A stretch of 63,266 nt of DNA, counting the filler, from Stramenopiles sp. TOSAG23-6 (taxonomy: Eukaryota), in the NCBI GenBank assembly GCA_900128565.1. It is 10 parts of 10 records of this genome, joined end to end, with 100 filler letters (N's around TTAATTAATTAA, not from the genome) between each part and the next. Parts side by side here need not be neighbours in the genome. Positions count along the whole stretch, not along the records: positions 31,705 to 37,937 come from LT636741.1; positions 38,038 to 44,270 come from LT636742.1; positions 44,371 to 50,602 come from LT636743.1; 7 more parts are not named here. One strand, 5' to 3'. Below are positions 37,721 to 50,300 of this stretch, one piece after another; positions within the stretch are counted from its first letter, which is position 1; every line of letters begins with the position of its first letter. The notes below the pieces were generated by a model. That model was not told the DNA's origin. It was given only the letters and a program-made list of their open reading frames with translations, and did no database searches. The translations under genes were made by a program, and so were the position numbers.

Positions 37721-37883
37721 TTATTTAAAACGTGTTTGTGTGTTGTTGTAGTAAACATTGAAGCGTTCATTGTTTGGTAATACTTCATTTTGTACATCAT
37801 CCAAGGCAATACTGCACTTGTGCTCGTATATGGGAATGCGCCCAAAAAACTCATCTTTGAGCTCATCACCCGATGCACCAGTT
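37721..37883 (-). CDS. Terminal exon of an unidentified gene
   Basis: Follows a family intron end (TACCTAAC...AAAATACAT at 37884) at the contig edge. Frame uncertain. Confidence 0.45.
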
Positions 37884-38126
37884 ATGTATTTTGGAAAAAT
37901 ATTTGAAAAAAAAAAACTAAAATTTGTTAGGTACAAANNNNNNNNNNNNNNNNNNNNNNNNNNNNNNNNNNNNNNNNNNNNTTAATTAATTAANNNNNNN
38001 NNNNNNNNNNNNNNNNNNNNNNNNNNNNNNNNNNNNNTTTTGGAAAAATATTTCAAAAAAAATTCGTTAGGTACAAAATTTCGTATGAAAAATAAATTAG
38101 AAATTGAAAAAAAAAATAAAACATAC

Positions 38127-38773
38127 ATGTGTTGTACTTACTTCTGAGTCCTTGGATAGTGAAACTCCGCCTCGAGTAAACTTACGTCCCGTTGATGTAT
38201 TGTGAAAAATATTTTTTTTTCGTAAAAAAAACTCGTTAGGTACGAAGTTTGGTACAAAAAAAATAAATTCGAAATTGATAATGAAAACGTACACCTTCCG
38301 AGCATGATTGGTTTCCCATCAAGGCGAGGTTTTAATTTCCAAGTCCTGTCCGTATATGGACCCTCAATGCATTTCAAATGTACATCAAATATACCCCTTG
38401 TAATGTTTGCTCTAATACTTGCGTTATTTTTAGAATCACGCGAGTCAGCTAATACACCCAAAGCAATATCTCGTTGGCGCCCAAATTCGTTCCGGAAAAA
38501 CTCAATTTGGGCCTCTGTTCGAGCGGTAAGACTTCCAATCAAAGATTCTGTATACGCAGCAAGGTATTCCTCAACTGTTGCATTCTTTGGACATTCACGA
38601 GTTGCCCTTGCCATAGCATCACGCATAACCACATTAGACGAAGCTCCTGATGAAGAAGTAGAAACACAACACCCAGCCGTTAAGGATGGCACTGTTGTGC
38701 TATTAATTATATTGCGCGTATTATTATTTTCAGATCCCCTTCTCCTTCTACTTTTCACTACTGTATCTTGCAT
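38127..38773 (-). CDS. FHA-domain protein, 3' partial; GT-AT intron 38195-38292, next donor at 38126
   Basis: LKCIEGPY...IMLGR|STGRKF..GVSLSKDSEVSTTH, which carries the FHA GR and SxxH motifs. Confidence 0.85.
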
Positions 38774-39199
38774 ATTGTTGAATTAATCTATTTTGTAGCG
38801 ATCTCGTATAATCTAAATTGCACTGAAGAAAGAAGAGAAAGATTCACCAAGAAAAAGTGAACAACTTGTCATTCGAAATTTCGAAATTATCGCAAAAAAA
38901 TTTAATCTCAAAAATTTTCGATTTATAGGTACCGGGTACACACGGCACACTTTCATTTTTGCTATTTTTTCATGACATGATGGCCGTAAAGCTGAATCGA
39001 TTGTTGATGTTCGTGACATGACATGATTGGTCTGACACTCGGCAAGACGCTGTCCACTTTAGTTTTGGTTAACATTGATTTCTATTTATTTGTTTGCGAT
39101 ATTTTTGGAGAATAGCTTTTCATAGTTGTTATTTTGTTGATAGCCCTATACATAAGAGTTACTGTGTCATTCGTATAGACTTCTTTGGCACTTGATACA

Positions 39200-41775
39200 A
39201 TGGAAGCTGCAGATCAATCCTTCAAGACGAAACCCAACAAAGAAAAGAGCGCAATAAAAGCGGAGTGTTCTTTGACTTCGGGACCATCGGAATTCACTAT
39301 GCCACCAACATCGAATAGGCATCTTCCGACTGCAGCGGTAAAAATTTTGAAAGGTACGTAACTTCATTAAATATTCGTTTTCGCCGGGTCAGCTTTGTGT
39401 TTTCGTGTGCTTTTGTTTCTTAATTTCGTTTTTCATTCTGCTTGATATAGATTAGTCGTTCTCATTTTCATTATCTTTCATCATGTATATATTTAAAATC
39501 ACAGATTGGATGATGTCCGAAGAGCATTTTATGCACCCGTATCCTTCAGATGCTGAAAAGCAGGAGTTGGTTGCGAAAACAGGAATCCGCCTGAAACAGC
39601 TCAACAATTGGTTCACCAACGCTCGGAAACGTATCTGGCGCCCAGTTTTTGATTCACGTTTAGCTGCGCAGTCAAAATCACCACATTCTAATAATCCGTG
39701 TATAATATCTCCAATGAACAAAATGCCTGCTGGTGCCTCGAATAATTCTCCTTTTGGTTGGTCTATGCCAAGACGTCGTAGTGAAGTGGATGCTTTGTAT
39801 GGGCTTACAGTTTTAGGCAGCGGCGAGACAGGAAATTCATCAGCATATTCTACAGCATCTGGTTCTACGACACCTTTAAAACAAAACGAAGCGCCCAATG
39901 TAATTCCCGGTATATATATGCAGAACATGCGCCAATGCTTTAAAAATGGTCCCGTAGGAAATATTTTTTTTTTAGTATTTTTTTTTTTCATACGAAATTT
40001 TGTACCTAACAATTTTTTTAAGTTTTTTTTTGAAATATTTTTCCAAAATACATTCCGTGAACTCTGCTACTATTGCTGAGTATGATGCGAAAGGTACAAA
40101 AACAATCGATGGTAAAACGAAACCATTGACCTGTGATACGAATTCCGTACCTAATTATCAAAATACACCCAAGAAAGAAAATATCGGGAGTATTTCGAGC
40201 TGTACTAATTTGGTCAAAAATGACAATTCTCAGTTACCTGTGACGCCAATAAATAATACAACTGTTGCAATGAATAAAGTCGCCATTCCGTTCACACCAA
40301 CTGTACCCTACAGTAGTCCACTCACTAAGGAGAGGATTGAAAGTTTTTTTCAAAGTAACATTCAGCATTCTCCTAATGTAAATAATATGGAACATAATGT
40401 GTCTAAAGATGGCGATGCAGCTGCAAAGACTTTTCCGACACCGGCTAATGTTTCTACACAAACTAAAGTCTTGTCTCATCTTAACCAAAATCAGGTTACA
40501 TCTAAATTTGATAATACATTGAATTCATCTAGAGATGTTGAATCATCTAGTAATCATTTGAGTAAGACAGTACTTACGTGTAAGACGAGTGAAGAATCTC
40601 CAATGGGACATACTGGAAATATTCCTCGAAGTGTTACTCCACAAACTGCTAACTCTCTTAATGGAAATGTTACCTTTTGTGTTACTCCTCCGATTACGAT
40701 GACATCATCTTCAAATACAAATATCTCTGAGGTTTCTTCAACAACATCAGTATCTAAGAAAACTTCACCTCAGCTTCCTCCAGGCAAGAAACGATGCCTC
40801 TCGCTATCTGATGGAAGTAACATATATGTATCTTATGCGGGTGAAAAAAGATCTAAAAAATGTGATAGTAGTAATCCATCAAGTGATAACTGGGATCCTT
40901 TTGCAACTTTGATGGCTTCGGCTGTTGTCCAACCTATAACCTCAACAGATTCCCAAGAGTTAAAAAACAATGATGAAAATGTGAAAGAAAATACATCATC
41001 TAAGAATTCAACTTTAGTATCTACAAAGAAGAGATTATCGATAGATGTTGAAGCCGCAAAAAGTCGAATTAAACGAAATCGCGTCTCCAGTAGTGAAATT
41101 GGCGCTGATATGCTTGTACGTATGTCGTCATTATCTGAATCGCCCAATCTTGCTGCTTCAAAAACTGCCACCCATTCAAATGCAAGTGTTCCAATTTTGA
41201 TAAATCCTTCATTAAATGATAATCTGGGTACAAAAGATGTCACACAACTTGCTGCTGGGTATTCAAAGCTAAATGAAAGCCAATTATCAGAATTATCAAA
41301 ATCAATATTAGAGGGGCAATTACCAACAAATACGCCCTTTGTAAATATGCCAGTGTTTGATAAAAATGGAAATCCAGTTTTCCATTTTTCAGAATTCCCA
41401 CCAATGCCTTCTCAATTTAAGACACCAAAACCGAAGAAAGTGTATGTTTTATATGAATTTCTATTTTTTTTTCATACGAAATTTCGTACCTAACGAATTT
41501 TTTTTGAAATATTTTTCAAAATACAACTTTCACCACTACCTTTTCGTGCACATTTACAAGCTTTTCTAAATTTAGCTAAACAAAAATCTATTTCTGATGG
41601 GCTCTCATCGGCGTTATTAATTATGCGTGATGAGGATAATAAGAGCAAAGATAAAATTCGGGGAATAGCAAAAANTCGCAANTCAAAAAAAANAAAAANA
41701 ANGCGCATAANAANAAAAATGATTCAACACAAATTTTATCAAAATCAGAAGAGCGAAAAAAATTTCATTTATTAG
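39200..41775 (+). CDS. TALE-class homeodomain transcription factor; introns 39354-39504 (canonical), 39954-40053 (GT-AT) and about 41440-41526
   Basis: RHLPTAAVKILK|DWMMSEEHFMHPYPSDAEKQEL...QLNNWFTNARKRIW, followed by a long S/T/N-rich tail. Confidence 0.9.
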
Positions 41776-41786
41776 CGATTCAGAAA

Positions 41787-42524
41787 ATGTCGCAATTAGA
41801 ATTTCGTGCATTTTTTCATACTTGTTCAACTGCGGTGTGTTTTATTTTTGTTCAATTTCGATTTGTTTTTTTTGACGAAATTTCGTACCTAACAAATTTT
41901 ACAAAAAAACATATTTTTTCACAATATATGTAATGTATATAATACCATTGTTTGTCACATTACTATTTGGACTACTAGTTTATCACTTCAATTTTGCTAG
42001 AGAGANTCAATTGTCTATGAAATATGATGATATCGTCGCATCGAAAACATCGAATAATAATTCGACTTGTANGTTTTCAAAATATTTTTCAAAATATTTT
42101 TACCTATATTTTTTNACTATGAAAATTCCAAACCTAAGAAATTATTTTACTACAGAAAATATTTTTTCACCACCCATATTACTCCAACAACTCCAGCCAT
42201 TCAGAGATATCCCAGAGTATGCTTTCATCAGATGNTTTTGTAGATGATTCAATGAAACATCCTTCATTTCATTTTATACTAAAAAAGGTAATGTTCTGGA
42301 GCAGTCATTCGAATAAAATGGCAAATTCTCAATCCTTCGAAGAAATTACTGAAAATGAAATTTTTGTTATGGAAAGAAATGCAAAGAAATTGATTTCCCT
42401 ATTGGCTATACCTATGAATATTTATCAATCAATATTTGGTTTTGCTCTTTATTGGTGTATTGCAAATTCTGCNATGCTTTCTTTTTTTGGTGTCGTTTTT
42501 TATTTGTATTCGAATAAAAATTGA
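41787..42524 (+). CDS. Hypothetical membrane protein; GT-AT intron 41835-41929; low-quality sequence
   Basis: ATG at 41787, then ACT GCG|GTGTGT...TACCTAAC...CACAATATAT|GTA ATG in frame. Contains Ns and a frame break near 42235. Confidence 0.45.
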
Positions 42525-42730
42525 GACTTTTTGAAAAATTTCAGTATATTTTTGAAAATTTATAATTAATACAAAGATATCAGATCAGCTGTTCACCACG
42601 CCTTATTTTTTAAAATAATTGAATCACTCTCTTACAATGCAAATGTTATTCACTCTTTTTGAAATTCGTCTATTTTATAGAGATTGTATCAAATTTGTAT
42701 ATCAAATTTGTATACNAAACAAAAAATATA

Positions 42731-43405
42731 TCAAACCTGATTCATCGGGTTCTCTGGACTCTTTTGAAATTCCTTGAACACCATTTGCTTGATTTGAGCA
42801 AGCCTGAGACCTTTATTTTCTTTGCGCAACTCAGGAATTCGTCTTTCTTCGAAGGCTTTGAATGCAGCTTTCCTTCTTCTTTCCGGATGAGCATCAGGAA
42901 CAGCTCCCTGACCTTTAGCTGCAGTTATTGCACCCAAAGCACCATCAATACCAGTACCATGAAACTCGCCACGTGCTTCCTCTTCAGCTCTTTGTCGATT
43001 TAAATTTTTGTGTATTGGAATTGGTTTATCTTTTTTCTTCTTTTTCTTTGCCAACTTTCCAAACGTTGACTTTTTCTGTGGTTTATAGTCTGCAAAAAGT
43101 GAGGCCGCATTATTTTTCTGAGCCTTACGAGCCTTACCCTTGGGTTTCTTTGCCTTTGAATTAATCTCATCTTCATCCTCCAGCAATTGCTTCTTCAATC
43201 TTCTGCGTTCCATCAGATCAGCATGCCGCTGTGCTTCAGCTTCTCGCTTTGCGTCGCCAGTTACGTTCGAACCGACTTTCCAACTAGCATCTTCTGCTTT
43301 TTGCTTTTTGGCAAGGGCTACAGCATCTTTTTCTCTTTGCGAAGCTTTCTTTTGCGCNTTCGCCTTCAAACCGCGAGTGTCTGGGCCAGATTGTTTCCTA
43401 CCCAT
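42731..43405 (-). CDS. CCDC124: CCDC124/Lso2 ribosome-binding protein
   Basis: EDASW..G, GIDGAL and HPERRRKAAFKAFEE..IPELRKEN.GLRL.Q....FKEFQKSPENPMNQ. Confidence 0.95.
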   Translation of the reverse strand: MGRKQSGPDTRGLKAXAQKKASQREKDAVALAKKQKAEDASWKVGSNVTGDAKREAEAQRHADLMERRRLKKQLLEDEDEINSKAKKPKGKARKAQKNNAASLFADYKPQKKSTFGKLAKKKKKKDKPIPIHKNLNRQRAEEEARGEFHGTGIDGALGAITAAKGQGAVPDAHPERRRKAAFKAFEERRIPELRKENKGLRLAQIKQMVFKEFQKSPENPMNQV

Positions 43406-43687
43406 CAAGTATATTTCAATCTGTTTGCATTACTTCTTATATTTTCATTACTAGTTGATGACACGCGAGACAAAAAACTACAGTAAAGAGTTCGTTAGAA
43501 GACGTTCGAGACTCGAGAGAGAGACTATCTAGTATATCATTCTTGAAAAAAACACGAAATCTCGATAATTTGATTATTTTTTATATTTTAATGAAGCAGA
43601 ATGTAATNAATTTATTCAAATGTTATGCATTTATTTTTTCTCTTATATTTACTTCTTTATATTTTCTCTTATATTACATCTTTATAA

Positions 43688-44270
43688 TTATATTTTTGGA
43701 GGGGAAAGATATACAGACACAGAGCACATCGGACATTTTGCAGTATGGGGTTTTAAAGTGACTACTTTATTTTGTATTGTACAAGAAGGACAAATCCAAA
43801 CATGTTCAAAATCATATCCAGATTGAACTGTAAAGGATATTGTAGTTCTCTCTGATTCCCTCGCATCTGTTACAAGTTTTTGAAAATGCATTGTGCCATT
43901 ATTGACCTCTTTACCATTAACAGACAGAAAAATATCAAGTAATTTAAGCCCGTAATGCTCAGCTAATAAAGGTTTTCCGTATTCATTTTTTTTCAAGTGA
44001 GTTATTGTACATTTAGTGGAATTGTTTGTTTTCACATCAGTGACTACCATACCAAATGGCCCACGGTGTAATGGACAAAAGATTTTTGATGTCTTTGGTC
44101 GCGTAATCCAATGAACAGTTTTGTCCGTTGAAAATTTTTGATTCATACTTGATGATTGTAAAGGTTGTAGAGGTTGTTTAGTTAAAACTGGCTGAGCGAG
44201 AATTGGTTCTGAGCCTTGATTCATACTTGATGATTGTAAAGGTTGTAGAGGTTGTTTAGTTAAAACTGGC
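43688..44270 (-). CDS. Protein fragment with a PDZ-like region and a RanBP2-type zinc finger, 5' partial
   Basis: GPFGM...GLKLLD.FLSVNG and WICPSCTIQN...KCPMC. A 78-bp tandem repeat lies at the contig end. Confidence 0.65.
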
Positions 44271-44370
44271 NNNNNNNNNNNNNNNNNNNNNNNNNNNNNN
44301 NNNNNNNNNNNNNNTTAATTAATTAANNNNNNNNNNNNNNNNNNNNNNNNNNNNNNNNNNNNNNNNNNNN

Positions 44371-47300
44371 TTTTGGAAAAATATTTCAAAAAAAATCTAA
44401 AAAAATTGTTAGGTACAAAATTTACAATAAAACAAATTCGATTTTTTTTTTACCGGAAAAAAAAAAAAATAAAACATACATGATATCATTGGTCAATAAT
44501 CTTAATAATGTTTCATATTTTTGAGATATTTTTGATGTTGCACAGGAAAGAAATAACTTTTCAATGGCCATGAGAGATTGGTATACTTTTGCATCTTTTT
44601 GAGATTGAGTACTTATATCATCATCATCCATATTTTCAACATCATTTACATTTAACTCAGTATCTACTTCAGTGAGTAAAATATCTTTAATACCAAAGAT
44701 GGATGTCTGTACATATTTGGTACAAGATAATAATGCGTCAGGTCTAGCATCGATCAATATACCAATTAATTGGGCAGCAGCAAGTCTCAATTTATCTTGT
44801 TGAGATGAAATCCATTTCATTACAAATTCAATCATTTCTTCTGCTTTTTGAAGAGAACACTTTCTCAGTAATAAATTCAAGGTATTTGATATCATACGCC
44901 GACAATCTGAGTTATGTATTTTGGAAAAATATTTCAAACAAAATCTAAAAAATATTGTTAGGTACAAATTTTTTTTGAAAAAAATAAATTCGATTTTTTT
45001 TTTTTTTCGGTAAAAAAAAAAAAAAATAAATAAAACATACATTATCATTGACAAGTCGTAAAACAAGAGGAAGAAACAATAACCCTGATTGATCATCAAT
45101 TAGTTCTTTTGGAAACTTTTGAATAATTTTACCTAGAAATTTTAATAATGATAGTCGACCTGTATCGTAGGGAAATGATAAATTTTTCATTACATGATCA
45201 ATATGATTTTGTAATCGTTTCTTGCCTAATGGAAATAAAATTAAGTATAACATCAAAACTTCAGAACATGAAGAACGGATTATATCATGCTGTGACGTCA
45301 CCATACAATCCTGTAACTGTTCCATCAGAGTATACATCTCAACCGTCACAGTTTTTCTCTTGACTAGAGTTTTAATTAACTCAAAAGATGCTTTTTGTTT
45401 TTTTGGTATTTGAATACCCGACGATAGTAAATCAATCAAACACGATATTTGATTTGGGGTCAAAGTATAGTCTGAATGATGGCGTAGTAGAACACTAAGT
45501 GTGTGAAAACAACCTTGTGCCAAGTCAGCTTCTGCTGCTGCACCAAAATGGCCCAATACAGATAATAATCTGTTTACAATTCGAGGCATGAAAGACGGTA
45601 ATGAAGGTAATTTCCACGAACTTAGTAATGACAGACATTTCATACTGAGCAACATTAATTGATCATTTTTTGTTCGATCACAACAACGTGTTAATAATCC
45701 AAGAATTGGATCCAATAGAGATAAATGTGATACATCATTTCGCTGTAATTTACCTTTTTTAAGAAAGGAATATAAAGCTAATAAGGCATACTCTACAACA
45801 ACATACTCATTTGCAGTAGCATAAGAGTGGTCGATGCCACGTGTCGTTAAACATTTACCACCAGTCAACCTTGGCTCGGGCAATACTTCATAATTATCAG
45901 CTTTATGACCATTACTTAATTTCATCTTTGAAGTTGTATCATCTGTATTGACTAACCATTTTTCGACTTCTACATTACCTTTTCCAGATTCAATTTTCAT
46001 TCGACGTTTTGTTGTTGCTTTTGTATACCCAGATACAATTTTTTGTAAATAAATCATTAGATGAGGAATTTCTACACTATTATTTTGTACTAATCCTAAA
46101 GTAGCTCTTCGAAAAAGTTCTCTTATTTTGTTAATCGTTTTTTTGTCAACAGTTTCATTTAATTTTTCGCGAAGTGGTGTAAGAACAACATGAACGGCAT
46201 CTGAAGGAAGAAATTGCATTGAAGTGAATAAAATTTCAAATGTGTCAAAACTTTTACACGTTTTGACTTCACGCATTTGACGATGAGCATTTGAAACACC
46301 TGAATCAATTTCCTTTTGAATCGATGCCTGGCCAAAAATATCTTCTAACACAGTAGCTAATACAGTAGGAATTATTCGCCATATTACCGAGTGATCCATT
46401 GGAACTTCTTTCGCGTCAAGAGCCTCATAAAACTCTTCAGGATGGAGTTTACTTTCAGAATCATCATCACCACGTTCCTGACGCCATTTCAGTCTTTGAT
46501 CTTTCCGAAATTGTTGTTGTTCATTCATTTCAATAATACTTTTCTTCATTAATTCAGTCTCAGGTTGAAGTAAAGATTTATCATAGAGATTACGAAGTAC
46601 TGCATGTAGCGTATATCCCATAATGTGTACCATATAACCCTTATTCAAAGCATCATGTAATTGTTCAACAATCATTGGAAGCTTTTGCAAACCAATCAAA
46701 CACGAAATTTCCACCAACACATTTCGTGCTTCATCTCTTGCGTGTTGTGCTTTAACACGTAACACACGGCATACAGATCTTGTTAATTGAGATATCGATG
46801 GATCACATATTGCACTTGGTAATTGCATAAGTAAACGAGTGAGTGCTAATGCAATCGGTGTTCGTACAGTTACTTGCGTCAAATCACTATTATGTCCCTC
46901 ACCTCGACTTACTACACGGCGTATTAATTGCTTTTGTAATGGGGGGAGTAGACGAACTTGGATTGCACGTAATATAGATTGAATGGATACACATTTTGAT
47001 GTTCCAATAGTAGCATCTGTTTCTGTTTCAATCGTAGCATCGAAATCACTTTTGATATTTTTAGGTACAAAAACATGAAAGCCGTCAAGCATCGCACATA
47101 TTGCACGAATCAAAACCTTTTCAGAATTTGGTTTTCTTGGAACTTCTTCAATTAATTTAGTAATTTCTGAAATATATTTAGACCAACTCAAACGCTGAGA
47201 TAAAGGTGTTAACACTCGAATTGCTTCCTCTCTAAGATCTGCTTTTATTGAAGTTTCACTTTCGCGAACTTTGGCTAATACTAAAGGTAACAAAATGTGT

Positions 47301-50300
47301 ACCACAGTGAATGGTTTCAAGTCAAGTGAACCTAATGAGCCTTTATCCCCTGCTTGAACACGTAATCTCTGTAAAGCCTTCACCTGTCTATGAGCTTGAA
47401 CATGAGTCATATTCAAGAAAAAATCCTGTTCAGGATCTATATGCTGCAACTGCTTTAAATCAGTATGCATTGCAGGATGACAATCAGCAGGAAAATGAGA
47501 CACAACATCTGACAATAACAACAACATTGAATGGCGAACAATAGGCTTTACAAATTGACCTGAAAATGTTGCTCTAATACCTGGCATCACTGTAGTTAGC
47601 ATTAATCTATTACAATGAAAATTGGATACTTTTGTAGATAAAAACTTGACAGACAAACTCAGCATCCGATGAGCATATTGGCGAATAAGCATTTCATCAT
47701 TATGTATATCAAACATACACTGACTTAATATAACTTGCAGGAGGATTTGTTGATTGTTTTCTCGCATGCCAATTTCACATAATTCAATTATTGTATCTGG
47801 AATCTCAATTTTCTTTTCTTTGCATTTAGAAATCTTTTTTAATGTTTTTGAATTTTCATTAATAGGTTTTTTTATATGACTATTTTCTTGATTTTGTTGA
47901 ATTGATGTTTTCGTCAATATGTCATACACTTTACCACGCTTTACAAAATTAAGTTCTTCTAGACCTTCCCAGCTATTTAGATCAGAAATGAATGAAGAAA
48001 CAGTAGTAAACCAAGTCATATCAGATCTTTTTCCAATAGTAGAAAATACATCCACTAATAATTGACGTGTTACACGATCGTCATATCCACACATACTTGC
48101 AGCAGGACCAAGTAATGTCGCAAACAAGCCAATGTGTGACATGATTACACATTTTGGAACAATAGACACTAAGGATAGCAAGACTCGTAAAACATTGTTT
48201 TTGATTGCTATAGTTGCACGAGCAGCAGGGCGTAAAAAGGGTACAATTAGTTTTACTAATGGGGCAGCAATTGTCGAGGATTTGATATACTTACTAATCT
48301 GTGATAAGATTGCTAATGCACGAGGAGCAAAAGGTGACTTCACAATTCGTTTATCACTTCCACCGAAACGGCTTGTGAAACATGTCAATATTTTTGGAAT
48401 ATATGAACGTAATAAACCTTCTGTACTTGTTGCTTTTGACGTTTGAGGTAGTAAATGTTCTACAATACTCAATACAGCTGAAACGACGCTTTCACTGACA
48501 TCTTCACAGAGACAATCTAATGCTGCACTTAAAGGGCATATTTCATTTTGAACATTTTCATCTATTTTTTCATCGTCAACGTTTTCATCTACATTTTTAT
48601 ACTTATACACCAACATATTCGAGACGTCCTCATGCTGACTAGCCAAAACTTGAATAAAGTTCAATAATGCTGAAGGTTTAGTAGCCCCAATGAGTGAAGA
48701 AGACAAATTTTCAACACTACTTTGTAATGCATTCATATATATTTTGTACCAAAATGACCAATTGTAATCCGGATAGGTTTCAATAATAATCGACATTACA
48801 TTGATACATAAAGAACGCAATTGTCTTCCATCTCTACCAGTAATATTTGAACTAATGCATTGTAGACCAATGATTGCTGGTAACACAACATGTAATTTTG
48901 GTCGAAATTTTTGTCCAAATTGTTTTACCATATCAATACATAAATTAAGAAATCCAATACGCCTTGCACGACTTACACCATTGTTATATACATTTGCTTG
49001 TGCTACTTCAATTACACTTGACACACGGTCTTCAACATCTTTGACGCTGACAGGAAATGAAACGTTATCACAAGTATCAAATACAAATAGGTTTTCTTCT
49101 TTCGATGAAGATAAATTCGAAATTCGTACAGGATAAAAAGGACGAATGGCATGACTTGCAATAAATCCCAACTCTTTCGGTTTTAATGTAGACAAATACG
49201 CGAGAACTGCATTACGACGATTTGATACACTTTCCTTCGCTTTCATTTTTCGTTCAATAATTCTACCCATCAACAACCGAACAATGATTGGAATAATTCC
49301 ATTGCGATATATATCTGGTATACTTCCACACAAACCTGCTTCATTTTCTGGTTCAAGTTTTAAAGTTCGCATTTCATCTTTCCACGTGTCACGATTAGAT
49401 AGTCTTAGTAATGCAGAACTATATTGATTTAAACTACCTTGTTTAAAAGCTAAAACACATTTTAAAGCAGAGGAAGATATTTCAGATTTACCTAATAAAA
49501 TTACACAAGATCTATGTAATCTCCTGGATTCATAATTACCCTTTAAATTTTGAAAAGTCGAAAATAGTTCTAGAAATGCAGCAATGCGTTCATTAGTGCT
49601 TTTTATGCTTACACCATTATGTACATCATTATTATCCTCATCATCATCATCAGAAGTCTTAGCAAATGTTTTGTTCATCATTTGGTTTGACATAAACGTT
49701 TTAATTATTTCTTTTTCTGAAATTTCATTTTGTGTAGAAATTGATAACAATTCCCAAGCATCAGGATCATTTTGAAATGATATATTACTATATTCACAAG
49801 CAATGCATCGAAAAAATAACGAAATTAAAAATTTGTTTTTAGATTCTGCTAAAGTTGGCATGCCTTGTAGTAGTTGTAATAGTAAAGACAATTTTTTACT
49901 AGGACCCGTAGGATCAGTATCAACAAACACGAAACCAGCGACTGACGATGAACGTAAAGCACGATTAAATGAAGAAAATAATGAAATCACATTTTTCGTG
50001 TTTTTCGTATTGAATATTTCATCTTTTGATCTCTGACCAGTTAGTTTTGCACGTAAATTTCGACGTTTTCGATTCTCATGTTCAACAAGTTGTTTCGTTT
50101 TAACTGTGTGATCCTGATTTATTTGATTCATATTACATAAAATGTCAAGATTTTCAAGATTTTCAAGATTTTCTCTTTCTTTTTGTACATCCATTGAAGA
50201 CTGACCATACCCACCACCCAATTCCTGCTCAAATATAGCACGTGTCAATTGACGAGCAGCAAGCGGCCACAATAGGCTAGTTACTTTTGGTGTATTCGAT

